In this document: positions 10,182 to 20,282 of the stretch, piece by piece
Position numbering within the stretch: the stretch's first letter is position 1
Layout of the letters: each line of letters begins with the position of its first letter
Assembly (NCBI GenBank): GCA_965223325.1
Contig: CBDCWI010000001.1
Location: forward strand, 1,184,001-1,248,000
Length of the DNA stretch: 64,000 bases
DNA from: Candidatus Multivoradales bacterium
GTDB taxonomy: Bacteria; Acidobacteriota; Thermoanaerobaculia; Multivoradales; Multivoraceae
Reading direction: 5' to 3'
The notes under the pieces: model-generated
What the model was told of the DNA's origin: nothing
Database searches by the model: none
The model's input: the letters and a program-made list of their open reading frames with translations, nothing else
Translations under genes and position numbers: made by a program

Positions 10182-11507
10182 TCAGCCGAGAGGCGACACG
10201 GCGCGAAAGGTCGCCCAGGTGCGCAACGCCTCGCGCAGCTCTTCGTCGCTCAAACCAATCCAGTGAAGAAGCGATGGGTAGTCGGTCGGTCCGCCGCGAA
10301 CCGCAGCGTCGAGGAACAGAGTGAACGCACTTTGGTGTTCCTCGACCAGAAAGCGCACCAGAAACCCCAGCTCGACGTAGATCTCGCCTCGGTTGGGAGC
10401 GTAGGTGAGCTCGGGCCAGGTCAAGTCCGCCAGGCGGTCGAGCTGCGGCCCTGATTCGCGCCGCCACCGGTCGAGGGCCTGGCCAAGTGCCACCCGCGGA
10501 CCCTGAACCAGAAGCTCGCGGGTGGTTCGAGTTCGGCCCGAGTCTTCACGCACGGTCTCGCTGTGTTCCTCCGTCTGACCGCGGAGTCGATCTCCCGCGA
10601 CGACACCCTCAGGCGAAACCATGATGAGCGAGAAGTCTTCCGCCAACCCCTCTTCGAGCCAGGGCGGCAGCTCGTAGGGGAAGGCACGTTCGGCGAAGAG
10701 GTGCGCTGCCTCGTGAAGCAGGATGGCGGCGAAGTCGGGGAACGTCCCCTCCCCCACCCACATCGCCGCGACCCCGCCCGCAGCGTGGCCGCCAATGTCG
10801 AGCCCGGCAACCAGACTCTCGGCATTGGTGTAGTCGTCGAAATCAGAACGCTCAGAAAAGAGCACCAGGACCTGACGGAACTTCGCTTGCTCTGAAGCGT
10901 GAGCGGCGTAGCGCTCTTCATAGACGGCAACGAGCTGTTCGCCCACTCGCCGCAGCACGTTCATGAAACCCGAGTCCCGCGGCAGGTCGGTCAAGAGCTC
11001 GAAGGGCCCCAACCGCTCCGCAGCGACGGGTGCACCGAGCCGCTCGCTGAGAATGCTCACCGCCCGTTCCAGGCGCAGCGGATCGACGGCTTCGAGCTGG
11101 GCCCGTGGACGGGGCCTCCGGTCAGCGCCGGTTCCGGGTTCCAGCTCGCTATTTCGAGGGTCCTGGGGCGGACCCACCCACACCGCGCGGTCGTGGTGCC
11201 GAACCCTCGTCCACGCGCCCCGTCGTTCGAGAATCTCGGCTTCGGCCGCGTGTTCGAGCCGTCCCAGACGCAGCGATTGCTCGCTGGGTTCGCTCCAGAG
11301 TTTTGTTCCCACCGGCAGGTGGAGGGTGGCGGCCGGCGCCCCAAACCCAGGGGCGGGGCGGCCGAGGACCGGTGGGTCGCTGGTGGCCTCCTGGGCGTTC
11401 GGCTGTTCCTGAGCCATGCCTCCGGATCCGAGACTCGTGGAAAGAAGAAAGAAGAGTCCTGCCAGCAACAAGCGACGGGCCCGTCGCCGCGCTCGCCACC
11501 GATTCAC
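10182..11507 (-). CDS. Exported putative zinc metallopeptidase (HExxH...E, peptidase MA-like) with N-terminal SH3-like segment
   Basis: GTG 11507 overlaps the upstream stop. Signal-like RRLLLAGLFFLL. Motifs ILERRGAWTRV and HEAAH...PWLEEGLAE. Confidence 0.7.
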   Translation of the reverse strand: MNRWRARRRARRLLLAGLFFLLSTSLGSGGMAQEQPNAQEATSDPPVLGRPAPGFGAPAATLHLPVGTKLWSEPSEQSLRLGRLEHAAEAEILERRGAWTRVRHHDRAVWVGPPQDPRNSELEPGTGADRRPRPRAQLEAVDPLRLERAVSILSERLGAPVAAERLGPFELLTDLPRDSGFMNVLRRVGEQLVAVYEERYAAHASEQAKFRQVLVLFSERSDFDDYTNAESLVAGLDIGGHAAGGVAAMWVGEGTFPDFAAILLHEAAHLFAERAFPYELPPWLEEGLAEDFSLIMVSPEGVVAGDRLRGQTEEHSETVREDSGRTRTTRELLVQGPRVALGQALDRWRRESGPQLDRLADLTWPELTYAPNRGEIYVELGFLVRFLVEEHQSAFTLFLDAAVRGGPTDYPSLLHWIGLSDEELREALRTWATFRAVSPLG

Positions 11508-12853
11508 GGAACCTCCGCCAGACCACGAACACCCGACGTGAGCCGGAGTTCCTGCGGTAACCACTTGCCCTCGACCCACAACATGCGTTGACTCTTGACC
11601 TGGCGCTCGAGTCTCTTGAGACCACGGCCAAGGGCGGGCAGGTCATCGACCAGGGTCACGTTGCTCCACTGGCTCTCGGTCAAGGACTCGCCCACCTGCC
11701 AGACCACCAGCGGCACACGAAGTTGCTCGAGGTACTCCTCGACTTGCCGGGGCCAGAGTTGACCTTTGGCTGCTGGTTTGTCGCCGAGGACCAACAGAAC
11801 CGCGCGGCGATGGTTGCGCTGCGCGGCGGTCATGCCCGCAACCGCCACGGCGTCGGCCAGGCGCTGGTCGCTGGCGATGCCGCGTTCATAGTGCACGCGG
11901 CTGAGCAGCCACAACCATCCGGCATCTTTGGCGTCGATCTCGGGTGAGGACGGGAAGAGGTTGGAGTGCGTTCCGTCGGAGGCGATGCGTCGTTCCGGCC
12001 AGGCCGCCAGCAAGAAAACCCGCGCATCGCCCTGCAGCGGCAGGAACTGCCGCATGTGATCACTGGTCGGCACCTGGCCAAGTGGTGACCCAGACTGGCG
12101 GTAGGACGAGGCCTTGCGCTGGAACATTCGCGACAGGCCCTGCTGCGCGGTGATGTCTCTGACCACCACAATGTCGACCGGACCTTTGTCCGAACCCACC
12201 ACCGGAAGCGCGCCGCGCGGGCTGAGGATGGTGTCTTGCATCTCGGCGAGTTCGGGAAGCCTGCGCCGGCCATCGAGCCGCACCGGAAGCGCTGTTAGTT
12301 CACTGCTCACTCGATCGGCGTAGAAGCCCCCGAAGGTGAGTTCTGCCAGCGCCGACACATTGGCTTCGAAGTCCAATTCCGCGCGCAGAAAGTGCAACTG
12401 GTCAGGGTCGTGGGGCGGCAGGGTGATCGCCGCGGGATCATCGAACTCGAGAAGGGTGCCGTCGAACAGCACTCGAATGCTTTCGGGGTCGGTGCCGAGC
12501 ACACTGTCCCAACTCAGGCGAGCGGTGCTGAAGCTGCCGTTCTCGACATCGGGGCGGCGACCGTCGAGAACCAGGCCGGCGTCGGCCATCGGCCCCGGAA
12601 GGTTGATCCACTGCTCGCTGCGGCCGATCTCGAGGCCGTCTTCGGCGAACGCCACGGCGACCAGCCGATGCGGGAGCAGCCGCTCACCGAAGTCGCAGTC
12701 GACCGTCCAGGGCTCGCCCTCGAGACGCGCGAGCAGCTCGCCGTCGAGGCGAACCTCGACCGCGGCCACCTCGTGCGAAACGGCAAGGTCGATGCTCTGG
12801 GGCCCGAGAACCAGGCCCAGAAACACCGTCAGAAAGGAAATAGCTCCGTCCAT
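11504..12853 (-). CDS. Hypothetical protein with Ig-like N-terminus and degenerate VWA-like C-terminus
   Basis: Long ORF coupled to the downstream gene. VAAVEVRLDG...PW...DFG N-terminal segment, then IVVVRD and RRAVLLVLG beta-strands. Confidence 0.65.
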   Translation of the reverse strand: MDGAISFLTVFLGLVLGPQSIDLAVSHEVAAVEVRLDGELLARLEGEPWTVDCDFGERLLPHRLVAVAFAEDGLEIGRSEQWINLPGPMADAGLVLDGRRPDVENGSFSTARLSWDSVLGTDPESIRVLFDGTLLEFDDPAAITLPPHDPDQLHFLRAELDFEANVSALAELTFGGFYADRVSSELTALPVRLDGRRRLPELAEMQDTILSPRGALPVVGSDKGPVDIVVVRDITAQQGLSRMFQRKASSYRQSGSPLGQVPTSDHMRQFLPLQGDARVFLLAAWPERRIASDGTHSNLFPSSPEIDAKDAGWLWLLSRVHYERGIASDQRLADAVAVAGMTAAQRNHRRAVLLVLGDKPAAKGQLWPRQVEEYLEQLRVPLVVWQVGESLTESQWSNVTLVDDLPALGRGLKRLERQVKSQRMLWVEGKWLPQELRLTSGVRGLAEVP

Positions 12854-13046
12854 CGGCTGCTGTCGGCGCTGCCAACGTCCACCACGACCGCTACAGCAGG
12901 AAACTCCTTTCGATAAACTTGCGCTTCTTGTTCAAACCCCATCGAAGAGGTCTTCCTCTTGCCTGGCTGCGGCCGAAGCACGGCGACCCCGTCAGGCGTT
13001 GAGCTGCCGAACTCAAGAGACAAACCGCGGCCTCATTGGAGCGATC

Positions 13047-14813
13047 ATGAAGTCTATCTGCCCAACCTCTCGGAGCGTTTTCCTCGTTTTCGGGCTGCTC
13101 GCGTTGTGCGGCGTCGTACCTATCGCGGCGCAGGAGGAGGGGGAACGCACCGCGCCGCCGCGCATTTTCGTAGAAACGGTCAACGTCGATGTGGTGAATG
13201 TCGATGTGTACGTGCGCGACAAGGAGGGGAACCCGATCACTGGCCTCACGAAGGATGACTTCGAGATGGAAGTCGACGGGCGGCCGGTAGCGATCAGCAA
13301 CTTCTACGCCGTCAACGGTGACCGCCGCAAGCTGGTTCGCCGAGGTGCCGAGATCGAGCTCAACTCCGAGCGCCAGCAGGAGGCTCCCGAGGCAGCAGAT
13401 CCTGAACCCGACACCACCCCGCCGCCTCCTCCGCCACCAACTCCGGAACAAGAGCTGCTGGTGGTCGTCTACATCGACAACTTCAACCTCACGCCGTTCA
13501 ACCGCAACCGCGTGATGCGCGAGCTGCGCGCCTTCTTGCGCGACCAGCTAAGCCCCGACGATCGCATCATGCTGGCGACCTACGACAGGTTCTTGAACCT
13601 GCGGCAGCCATTCACCAACAATCCGCAAACGGTCAACCGCGAGCTCCTCGAGCTCGAAGACGAGTCGGCGCAGCGTATTCATCGCAACAGTGAACGCAAC
13701 GACATCATCTCCAACCTCAACGACGTCGAGCTCGACAACAACGATCCGTCGTTCGCAGTGACCCAGTTGATGGGCTATGTGGGTTCGGTCTTCAACGATA
13801 TGAACGTGACCGTTGATGCCCTCCACTCGGTGGTCGAGAACCTCGCGGCGTCACCGGGCCGCAAGGCGCTGGTCTATGTCTCAGACGGCGTGCCGATGAT
13901 CGCCGGCGAAGATATGTTCCACCTCGTCAACGGGCTCTACGAGAACAGCGTGACCCTGACGTCGCTCACCGAGTACGACTTGTCGGGGCGCTTTCGCGAG
14001 CTCTCCAACAAGGCCAACGCGAACCGGGTGAGTTTCTACACCATCGACGCCCGTGGGCTTACGGTCAACTCGCAAGGTACGGTCGACCAGGCCAACGCCG
14101 GTATCGCTGGCCAGGCGTCGTTCATCGACCAGATCCGCAACAGCAACATGCAGAGTCCTCTGCAGATGTTGGCCGAAGAAACCGGTGGGCGTGCGATCAT
14201 CAACACCAACAAGTTCCTCCCGGACCTGCAGAAGATCGCTACCGACTTCGACTTCTACTACTCGCTCGGCTACACCCCGGCAAAGGGTGGCGACGGGCGA
14301 TACCACGACATCAAGGTCAAGCTGAAGAACAAGCCGCGAGGCACCGAGGTCCGTCACCGCAGTGGCTATCGCGACAAGTCGATCGAGTCGCAGATGGTTG
14401 ACGGCACACTTTCGGCGCTGCACTTGAACCTGCAGCTGAATCCCATCGGGGCGCGGATTATTTTCGGTCCGCCTGAGGCGGCCGGAGCGGGAACGTACAA
14501 GCAGCCGATGATTGTCGCGGTGCCGTGGGAGAGCCTGACTCTGATTCCGAGGAATGGGATCTACCAGGGCAGCCTGCGATTGTGGGTGGTGGCGAAAGAC
14601 GAGGAAGACAAGTCGAGCGAACCGCAGGAGATCCTGGTGGACATTGCGGTGCCCGAAGGTGAGTTGGAGGAGGCGAAGACGAAGCCCTGGGGGTACAAGT
14701 TGGAGCTCAACATGGAGGGGGGTTATCACGACGTTGCGATCGGGGTGCGTGATGATCTTGGGGCTACTAAGACTTTTCTTCGTGAAGGGGTTCGGTTGCC
14801 TTCGCGTGGTTAG
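13047..14813 (+). CDS. Exported VWA domain protein (Acidobacterial VWFA-related type)
   Basis: Signal peptide after ATG 13047. Motifs VNVDVYVRDKEGNPITGLTKDDF, GRKALVYVSDG, LAEETGG, YYSLGY, VRHRSGY. Confidence 0.85.
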   Translation: MKSICPTSRSVFLVFGLLALCGVVPIAAQEEGERTAPPRIFVETVNVDVVNVDVYVRDKEGNPITGLTKDDFEMEVDGRPVAISNFYAVNGDRRKLVRRGAEIELNSERQQEAPEAADPEPDTTPPPPPPPTPEQELLVVVYIDNFNLTPFNRNRVMRELRAFLRDQLSPDDRIMLATYDRFLNLRQPFTNNPQTVNRELLELEDESAQRIHRNSERNDIISNLNDVELDNNDPSFAVTQLMGYVGSVFNDMNVTVDALHSVVENLAASPGRKALVYVSDGVPMIAGEDMFHLVNGLYENSVTLTSLTEYDLSGRFRELSNKANANRVSFYTIDARGLTVNSQGTVDQANAGIAGQASFIDQIRNSNMQSPLQMLAEETGGRAIINTNKFLPDLQKIATDFDFYYSLGYTPAKGGDGRYHDIKVKLKNKPRGTEVRHRSGYRDKSIESQMVDGTLSALHLNLQLNPIGARIIFGPPEAAGAGTYKQPMIVAVPWESLTLIPRNGIYQGSLRLWVVAKDEEDKSSEPQEILVDIAVPEGELEEAKTKPWGYKLELNMEGGYHDVAIGVRDDLGATKTFLREGVRLPSRG

Positions 14814-14818
14814 TGCTT

Positions 14819-14902
14819 GATTCGATTCGGATCCGGATCGGATGGATTCGGATCGATTCGGATCGATTCGGATCGGACGGATCGGAGGTCGGACGGGTCG
14901 GA
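14819..14902. repeat. Low-complexity GATTC/GGATC pentamer microsatellite
   Basis: gattcgattcggatccggatcgatggattcggatcgattcggatcgattcggatcgg immediately after the VWA stop. Confidence 0.8.
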
Positions 14903-14921
14903 ATGGGTGGGTTGGGTCTTG

Positions 14922-15605
14922 GACTCCGCCGCGTCGGAACGGAAGACACGCGGTACGGCACGGCGGCGCTTCGCGGAACTGCGATGGGTGGCGCCGCCTG
15001 CGCTCTCCGGCCGCGTGGACCTGCCGAGGACTTCCTAGGTCCGTGCTCTTGCGACCTCCGAGAGCACCTCCCACGTGTCTTCCGTCCCGACGCTCTCGAC
15101 CGAAGGACGCAACGCCGGTATGGGGGGTGGCCGGAGAAGGTACTGCCCGAGGGCTTGCGAAGCGACCTTTGTACAGTGCTACTTCGATAGGCCTCTGTTC
15201 GGGTGGATGGTGGGTGGGGGTCTCAGACTCCGCCGCGTCGGAACGGAAGACACGCGGTACGGCACGGCGGCGCTTCGCGGAACTGCGATGGGTGGCGCCG
15301 CCTGCGCTCTCCGGCCGCGTGAAGCTGCCGAAGAATTCGAAGGTCCCTGCTCTTGCGACCTCCGAGAGCACCTCCCACGCGTCTTCCGTCCCGACGCTCT
15401 CGACCGATGTTCGCAGCGCCGTTCTGGGGGTGGTGGCCGGAGAAGGTACTGCCCGAGGACGAACGGGAGGCCCTTCTCGCGCCGCTACGACGGCGGACGT
15501 TCGGGCCGAATGGAAGCTGTCTCTGCCCCGAGGATCGAAAGCTCGATCGATGAACGCAACGCCGGTCTGGGGGGTGGACGGAGAAGTTACTGCCCGAGGG
15601 CTTGC
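14922..15605. repeat. Tandem ~304-bp structured repeat (2 copies plus a partial third)
   Basis: gactccgccgcgtcggaacggaagacacgcggtacggcacgg... begins at 14922 and 15226. The ggggg(t)gg.cggagaag.tactgcccgagg segment occurs a third time near 15570-15600. Each unit has a 22-bp imperfect internal inverted repeat. Confidence 0.85.
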
Positions 15606-15616
15606 TGGGTGGCGCT

Positions 15617-16018
15617 TTAGCTTCGCCAGTTCTCGGTCGACAGTTCCCCGACCTTTCGGAATTCACTCTCGTTGTCGGTAACGAGGATGAGAGAGGCGGA
15701 GAGGGCCTGGGCGGCGATGAGCATGTCGTTCGGGCCGATCGGTTGTCCGGTGCGCTCTAGATCTGCTCTTAGAACGCCGTAGCGCGCTGCTGCTTTGGTG
15801 TCGAAGTCGAGCGCCGCGATGTCTTCCAAGACGCGATCGATCCGTTCGTGACTCTCGTTCCTACGCGCGCTCTTGTCGGCACCGAACCGTAGCTCCGCCA
15901 CCGCGATCGAACTGATTGCCAGATCCTCCGGCGATAGGGTGCGCAGGCGCTGTGCGACGGTCGGGTGGCGACCGGTCAGGAAATCGATCACAACGTTCGT
16001 GTCGAGCAGGTACTTCAA
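15617..16018 (-). CDS. vapC: VapC PIN-domain ribonuclease toxin
   Basis: MKYLLDTNV, EL.FGA, PIGPNDMLIAAQA, LVTDNESEF..V..L..ENW. Confidence 0.95.
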   Translation of the reverse strand: MKYLLDTNVVIDFLTGRHPTVAQRLRTLSPEDLAISSIAVAELRFGADKSARRNESHERIDRVLEDIAALDFDTKAAARYGVLRADLERTGQPIGPNDMLIAAQALSASLILVTDNESEFRKVGELSTENWRS

Positions 16019-16251
16019 TCGAAGTCCGGAGCGGGTTCGACTTCAGGAGGATCCTCTGGATAGGGAAACTCTTCTGCCGAGCCGGCCAGTTCGAAGAAGC
16101 CTGAGGACCATCGCTTGCGAAGCGGTTCGAGAATCACCCGCTGGCCCTCTTTGTAGATGAGAACCTCCTCGTCATCGCCGAACCTGTATTTGACCGGGAG
16201 CCGCACGGCCTGACTGCCGCCGCTCTTGAAGATCTTCGCTGTGTCCGCCAT
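16015..16251 (-). CDS. vapB: VapB AbrB/MazE-type antitoxin
   Basis: TAKIFKSGGSQAVRLP. 4-nt overlap with vapC. Confidence 0.93.
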   Translation of the reverse strand: MADTAKIFKSGGSQAVRLPVKYRFGDDEEVLIYKEGQRVILEPLRKRWSSGFFELAGSAEEFPYPEDPPEVEPAPDFD

Positions 16252-16257
16252 GGCTAG

Positions 16258-16279
16258 AGTATATACGAAATGTATATAC
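16258..16279 (-). promoter_or_regulatory. vapBC promoter/operator: -10 TATACT overlapped by two GTATATAC palindromes
   Basis: GTATATAC at 16259-16266 and 16272-16279. Minus-strand TATACT ends 6 nt before ATG 16251. Confidence 0.7.
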
Positions 16280-16292
16280 CGTTGGCATGACC

Positions 16293-17132
16293 TCAGCCGG
16301 GCTTGACCCCTTCGATGTAGGCCATCGGTATGGTGAGGGCGAGGGCGCCGTTCCTGGCCGCGACGTTGTTGAGGCGCTCTTCGAGGTCGGCGAAGACGGC
16401 CTCACACTGGTCCTTGGGAACCAATGCCATCCACGATCCCAGGAAGCCGAGGCGAATCAGGCGATGGCGCAGCATTGCGGAGCCATCGGCGAAGCGCATG
16501 TCGAACGTAGCGCGCTTCGTTTCGCGGACTTCGAAACCGGCGGTCGCAACCAGCGACGCCACGAGCTCTGGCGTCATCCGATGTTGGATGTGCCGGTCGA
16601 GTGCCTTGCGATCGTACTCTGGACAGTTCGCCTCGAGCGCCTTCTGGAACTGTAGGTAGAACTCCCGCATGTGTCCCACGACGTTGGTCGCCAGTGCGAT
16701 CACCGCGCCCGGACTGGCGATCCGGTAGGCGTTTCTAAGCACCGCGATGGGATCGTCGAAGTTGTTGATTCCCAGGTTCGATACCACCAGGTCGACGCTC
16801 GCATCGGGCAAGGAAACAGTCGCGGCATCCTCAGAGAGCACCTCAATGTTTGTAAGCCCCAGGAACTCCACCTTCTTGCGCAGCCGGGCGGCGGCCGCCG
16901 GCCAGGGATCGACCGTTACGGCGTGGCACTCGGAGCCACAGCGCGCCACCAGCTCGAGGGCGAGGAATCCGGTCCCAGCGCCGATGTCGAGCACTCGCAT
17001 GCCGGTTTGCAGCGGGACGTGTTCGAGCAGGAACTGCCCGAAGGGAGCCGACCACAGCGGCAACTCATCAAAAAAGGCTGCGGTGTCTTCGTCTTCGACA
17101 TCGAAGCTGGTTGCGGTGAGGTATTCGGTCAT
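16293..17132 (-). CDS. Class I SAM-dependent methyltransferase
   Basis: VLDIGAGTG motif I, SLPDASVDLVVSN. Start is uncertain (ORF extends to 17183). Confidence 0.88.
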   Translation of the reverse strand: MTEYLTATSFDVEDEDTAAFFDELPLWSAPFGQFLLEHVPLQTGMRVLDIGAGTGFLALELVARCGSECHAVTVDPWPAAAARLRKKVEFLGLTNIEVLSEDAATVSLPDASVDLVVSNLGINNFDDPIAVLRNAYRIASPGAVIALATNVVGHMREFYLQFQKALEANCPEYDRKALDRHIQHRMTPELVASLVATAGFEVRETKRATFDMRFADGSAMLRHRLIRLGFLGSWMALVPKDQCEAVFADLEERLNNVAARNGALALTIPMAYIEGVKPG

Positions 17133-17151
17133 CCGGAGGTCAGCCTGGCGA

Positions 17152-18351
17152 TCATCCGAGTTGGTGAGACAGGAAATCACCAATCACCCCAACTGCCTCC
17201 TCGAGGTGCGCCCGCCCATTGGGGCCAACGTAGTAGTGCGTGGCCCCCCGGACGAGGTGGAGCTGCTTCTGGTCGTGGCCGACTGCCTCGTAGAGGCGGG
17301 CGGTGTGGCTCGGTGTGCAGGCGTCGTCGGCGGTGTTGCCGACCACCAGGACGGGAACGGAGATCGCGGCGCCTGACCTAATGGCGCAACACCTGGCATC
17401 GTCATAGCTCCACTGACTGAGCCAGCTTCGCAGGCTCGAGAACCGGGCCAGCCCGACCGGACCGTCGTTGACTACCTTCGGGTCTCCCAGGTAGCAGGTC
17501 CCGGGAAGACGGTCGCTCGGCTCGATGGTTGGATCCAGCCATCGCGGGTCGGCCATGGTGCCGTGGACGGTAAAGGCGAACTCCCGGTGGGGGTCGACGG
17601 ACGCGCGAATGCCTGCCAGCTTGTCCTTCGCCCAGGCAGTGATCCGGCGATTGCGGGCAACTTGCGCGGCGGCGAAGCTCAGGAGGAAGTCCGCCGAGTA
17701 CGGCGGCTGGTTGGGGTTCTTCGGATCATAGAGATTGAGTGCGGGGTCCCGCTGGTCGGGGCGCGACTCGTCGTGAATGGAGGGGTCGATCCACTCGGTG
17801 AAGATCCGGTGGCGGCTTACGTGGGCGGCGAGCATCAACAGGGCGTCTGCTTTCGGCATGCGTGCCGGGTCGACCTCGTAGGGGTCTCCGGCGGCGGTGT
17901 CGGAGATGCCGGCGCCGGCCTCCGCCAGCGCCTGGTACCACATCGACAACGAACCACCGCCTGACCAGCCGGCCAGCACGATGCGGGAATAGCCCAATCG
18001 GTCACGGGCATCACAGATCGCCTCTCCGAGGTCGCAGGCGACCTTCTCCATGATGAGCGCGTAGTCGGCGCCACGGTAACGCGAGTTGGCCCACAGAACG
18101 TGATGGCCTGCCGCGGCAAGCCCCCTCACCATCGGCAGGTACATGCCGCCGCCGACCGGATGCATGAAGACGATCAGCGCGTCGCTGGGCTGGTCGATTG
18201 GGCGGACCAGGTGACAGTCGAGTCCGATCGTCGCCCCGCCACCGCCATAGACATCGCTATAGGTCGAGCTCTCCTTGAAGCCAACTACGTAGGCGATCCG
18301 CTCGCAGCCCCGGGGCGTCCCGGGTTGTTGCTTGGCCTCCGGCTTTGACAT
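17152..18351 (-). CDS. Alpha/beta hydrolase
   Basis: GWSGGG nucleophile elbow, NTADD acid and GATHYY His. Confidence 0.85.
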   Translation of the reverse strand: MSKPEAKQQPGTPRGCERIAYVVGFKESSTYSDVYGGGGATIGLDCHLVRPIDQPSDALIVFMHPVGGGMYLPMVRGLAAAGHHVLWANSRYRGADYALIMEKVACDLGEAICDARDRLGYSRIVLAGWSGGGSLSMWYQALAEAGAGISDTAAGDPYEVDPARMPKADALLMLAAHVSRHRIFTEWIDPSIHDESRPDQRDPALNLYDPKNPNQPPYSADFLLSFAAAQVARNRRITAWAKDKLAGIRASVDPHREFAFTVHGTMADPRWLDPTIEPSDRLPGTCYLGDPKVVNDGPVGLARFSSLRSWLSQWSYDDARCCAIRSGAAISVPVLVVGNTADDACTPSHTARLYEAVGHDQKQLHLVRGATHYYVGPNGRAHLEEAVGVIGDFLSHQLG

Positions 18352-18366
18352 CTCAGCCTCGCCCGT

Positions 18367-19305
18367 TCAGTCGAATCGCAGAGGCGGCAGCTTGGCCTCG
18401 ATTTCGGCCCGTTGATCGGCCCATTGCTTGGGTAGCGCCAGCGTGCTACCGAGCGTCTCGAGCGGCTCGTCGACGGTCCATCCCGGGTCGAGGTTCGAGA
18501 ACTCGATGTTGATGCCACCAGGTTCTGTCATGTACATCGAGTGGAACCACTTGCGGTCGCGCAGATGAGTAAGGATGGCGCCGGTGCCGCTGAGGACGCG
18601 CCAGAGCACCTCCATTTGTTCTTTGGTTTCGACCGTGAAGGCAACGTGGTGGATACCACCGAGGCCCCAGTGGCCGAAAGGCAGGCCCTCGCCGTCAAGC
18701 AGGTCGAGAAAGCCGCTCGCGCCGCCGTCAGCAAAGGCCAGGCGAGTACGACCGTCTTCCTCGCCGACCACCGTGGCAGCGAGCGGGCCGGTGAAAAACG
18801 CCAGCGTCAACTCAGGAATGCGCGAGATCAGGGTCGTCGAATGAAAGCCGCGCACCTTGTTGGAGTCGTCGAGATCGCCCAGGGCAGGCGGGTTGCGCTG
18901 GTCGTCGCACTCGATCAACTCGGACGGGATCCCCGAAGGGTCCTGGTAGCCGAGCACTTCTTCACCAAAACGACGGCCGCGCCGGTCAGTGGGCAGGCCC
19001 CGCGCTTCGAGGCGCTCTTGCCAGAAATCGAGCGAGCCGCGCGGCACCGAGAACGCAACATCGCTGATCGTCCCGCGCCCGCGCTTCCACACCGGCAGCG
19101 GGGCGCCTTCGAAGAAGAAGTTGGTCATGATCGTGCCGGCATTGCCAGAGTAGTCACCGTAGAACAGATGCCACTGGTCGGCAGTCTCGTGATTGATGGT
19201 CTTCTTGACGCGGCGCAGGCCGAGCGTTCGGGTGTAGAAGTCGTGGTCCTTCTGGCCGTCGGTGGCGGCGCCGGTGATGTGGTGGAGGCCTTTGACCCAG
19301 GTCAT
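18367..19305 (-). CDS. VOC-family ring-cleaving dioxygenase (MhqO/MhqA-like)
   Basis: GLHHITG, LGLRRVKKTIN...HLFYGD, GGIHHVAF, DRKWFHSMY.EPGG..IE. Likely start ATG 19305. Confidence 0.85.
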   Translation of the reverse strand: MTWVKGLHHITGAATDGQKDHDFYTRTLGLRRVKKTINHETADQWHLFYGDYSGNAGTIMTNFFFEGAPLPVWKRGRGTISDVAFSVPRGSLDFWQERLEARGLPTDRRGRRFGEEVLGYQDPSGIPSELIECDDQRNPPALGDLDDSNKVRGFHSTTLISRIPELTLAFFTGPLAATVVGEEDGRTRLAFADGGASGFLDLLDGEGLPFGHWGLGGIHHVAFTVETKEQMEVLWRVLSGTGAILTHLRDRKWFHSMYMTEPGGINIEFSNLDPGWTVDEPLETLGSTLALPKQWADQRAEIEAKLPPLRFD

Positions 19306-19502
19306 GTTCGAACTCTCTTCTGGTCGGTGCAAGACGGAGCCGCCCGGCGGGAGGCCCGGCGGTGGCGGCGTGCTGCGGTCACCCATGTTACGGCTACCGA
19401 GAACCTAGGACGAACGATCAGCGATGCACCAGGACGGCGACTTCATGCTCTGGCGGTTTCATGGCGGACGGTGTTGCGATGATTGGGTCCCGGTACCTTG
19501 GG

Positions 19503-20282
19503 TCAAGGGCACCTTGCGGTATGCCGGAAAAGTACCTTGTTGTCGCGTTCCAGTTCGGCGCCCCATATGAACTCGGCGTCGCTGCCGGAAAACTCAGACC
19601 TGGGCTCGAGGCACTGATCTCGAGTGAGGGCCGCGTCACACCCGAGACTCGAGCGATCGGCAGGCGACGTCATTCCGCAGCAGCCGTCTGAACTGCTCCA
19701 GCTCGGAGACCTGCCCCAGCCCGCCTGGCGGGCGCTGTAGCTTGTTGCGACGTTCCACTGGCGATCGTCGAACTCCGCCCTGGTCCACCCCGCCGGAATT
19801 CCACGATCCTCCACGGCGCAGGCAGCGAGGTTGGTCGGCGAGCACCCATTGGCGATGCTTGCGTCGGTAGGCCCAAAGGTGGCCACGTGGATCTTCCAAT
19901 CGCTCGAGGTCGCAGTCTTCGCACCGTCGTCGAACTGAGCGATCAGGGCTCCGTCGCCCAGCTGCGGGCGCTCTGTTTCGATGTACTCATAGCCCGAATC
20001 CGAGGCGAAGTCTTCACACTGGACGGCATAGGTGATGTCCGACGATCCGTCCCAGTCGAATTGGACACGCACGGCCTGGTGGGGTGTGAAAGGAACGGGG
20101 TCGCTGGCCACTTCCTTGCCGTTCACCCAGAGGGTGAACTTGTTGTCGCAGTAGACCGTACCGACCACCTTCTGCGGTTGGCCGTCGCACACCGCTTCGA
20201 GAGCGCTGGCGCTGTTGGGAGTCGTCGCCTCGCAAGCAGGTATTACCGAAAGGGCGGTCAACATCAGAACGGTTCTGTACAT
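19503..20282 (-). CDS. Cys-rich predicted lipoprotein, beta-sandwich (galactose-binding/lectin-like)
   Basis: MYRTVLMLTALSVIPAC lipobox-like N-terminus. YCDNKFTLWVNG, PAGWT..EFDD.QW, AEFIWG motifs. Multiple Cys. Confidence 0.6.
   Translation of the reverse strand: MYRTVLMLTALSVIPACEATTPNSASALEAVCDGQPQKVVGTVYCDNKFTLWVNGKEVASDPVPFTPHQAVRVQFDWDGSSDITYAVQCEDFASDSGYEYIETERPQLGDGALIAQFDDGAKTATSSDWKIHVATFGPTDASIANGCSPTNLAACAVEDRGIPAGWTRAEFDDRQWNVATSYSARQAGWGRSPSWSSSDGCCGMTSPADRSSLGCDAALTRDQCLEPRSEFSGSDAEFIWGAELERDNKVLFRHTARCP

Noticed and set aside
12336-13046. 237-aa N-terminal extension of the VWA ORF 12336..14813
   Set aside because: It is largely the antisense shadow of gene 11504..12853; the signal peptide and GGAG RBS point to ATG 13047.
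13881-15371. 496-aa minus-strand ORF and other ORFs across the repeat region
   Set aside because: They are antisense to the VWA gene or run through tandem repeats, with low-complexity R/S/P composition and no domain motifs.
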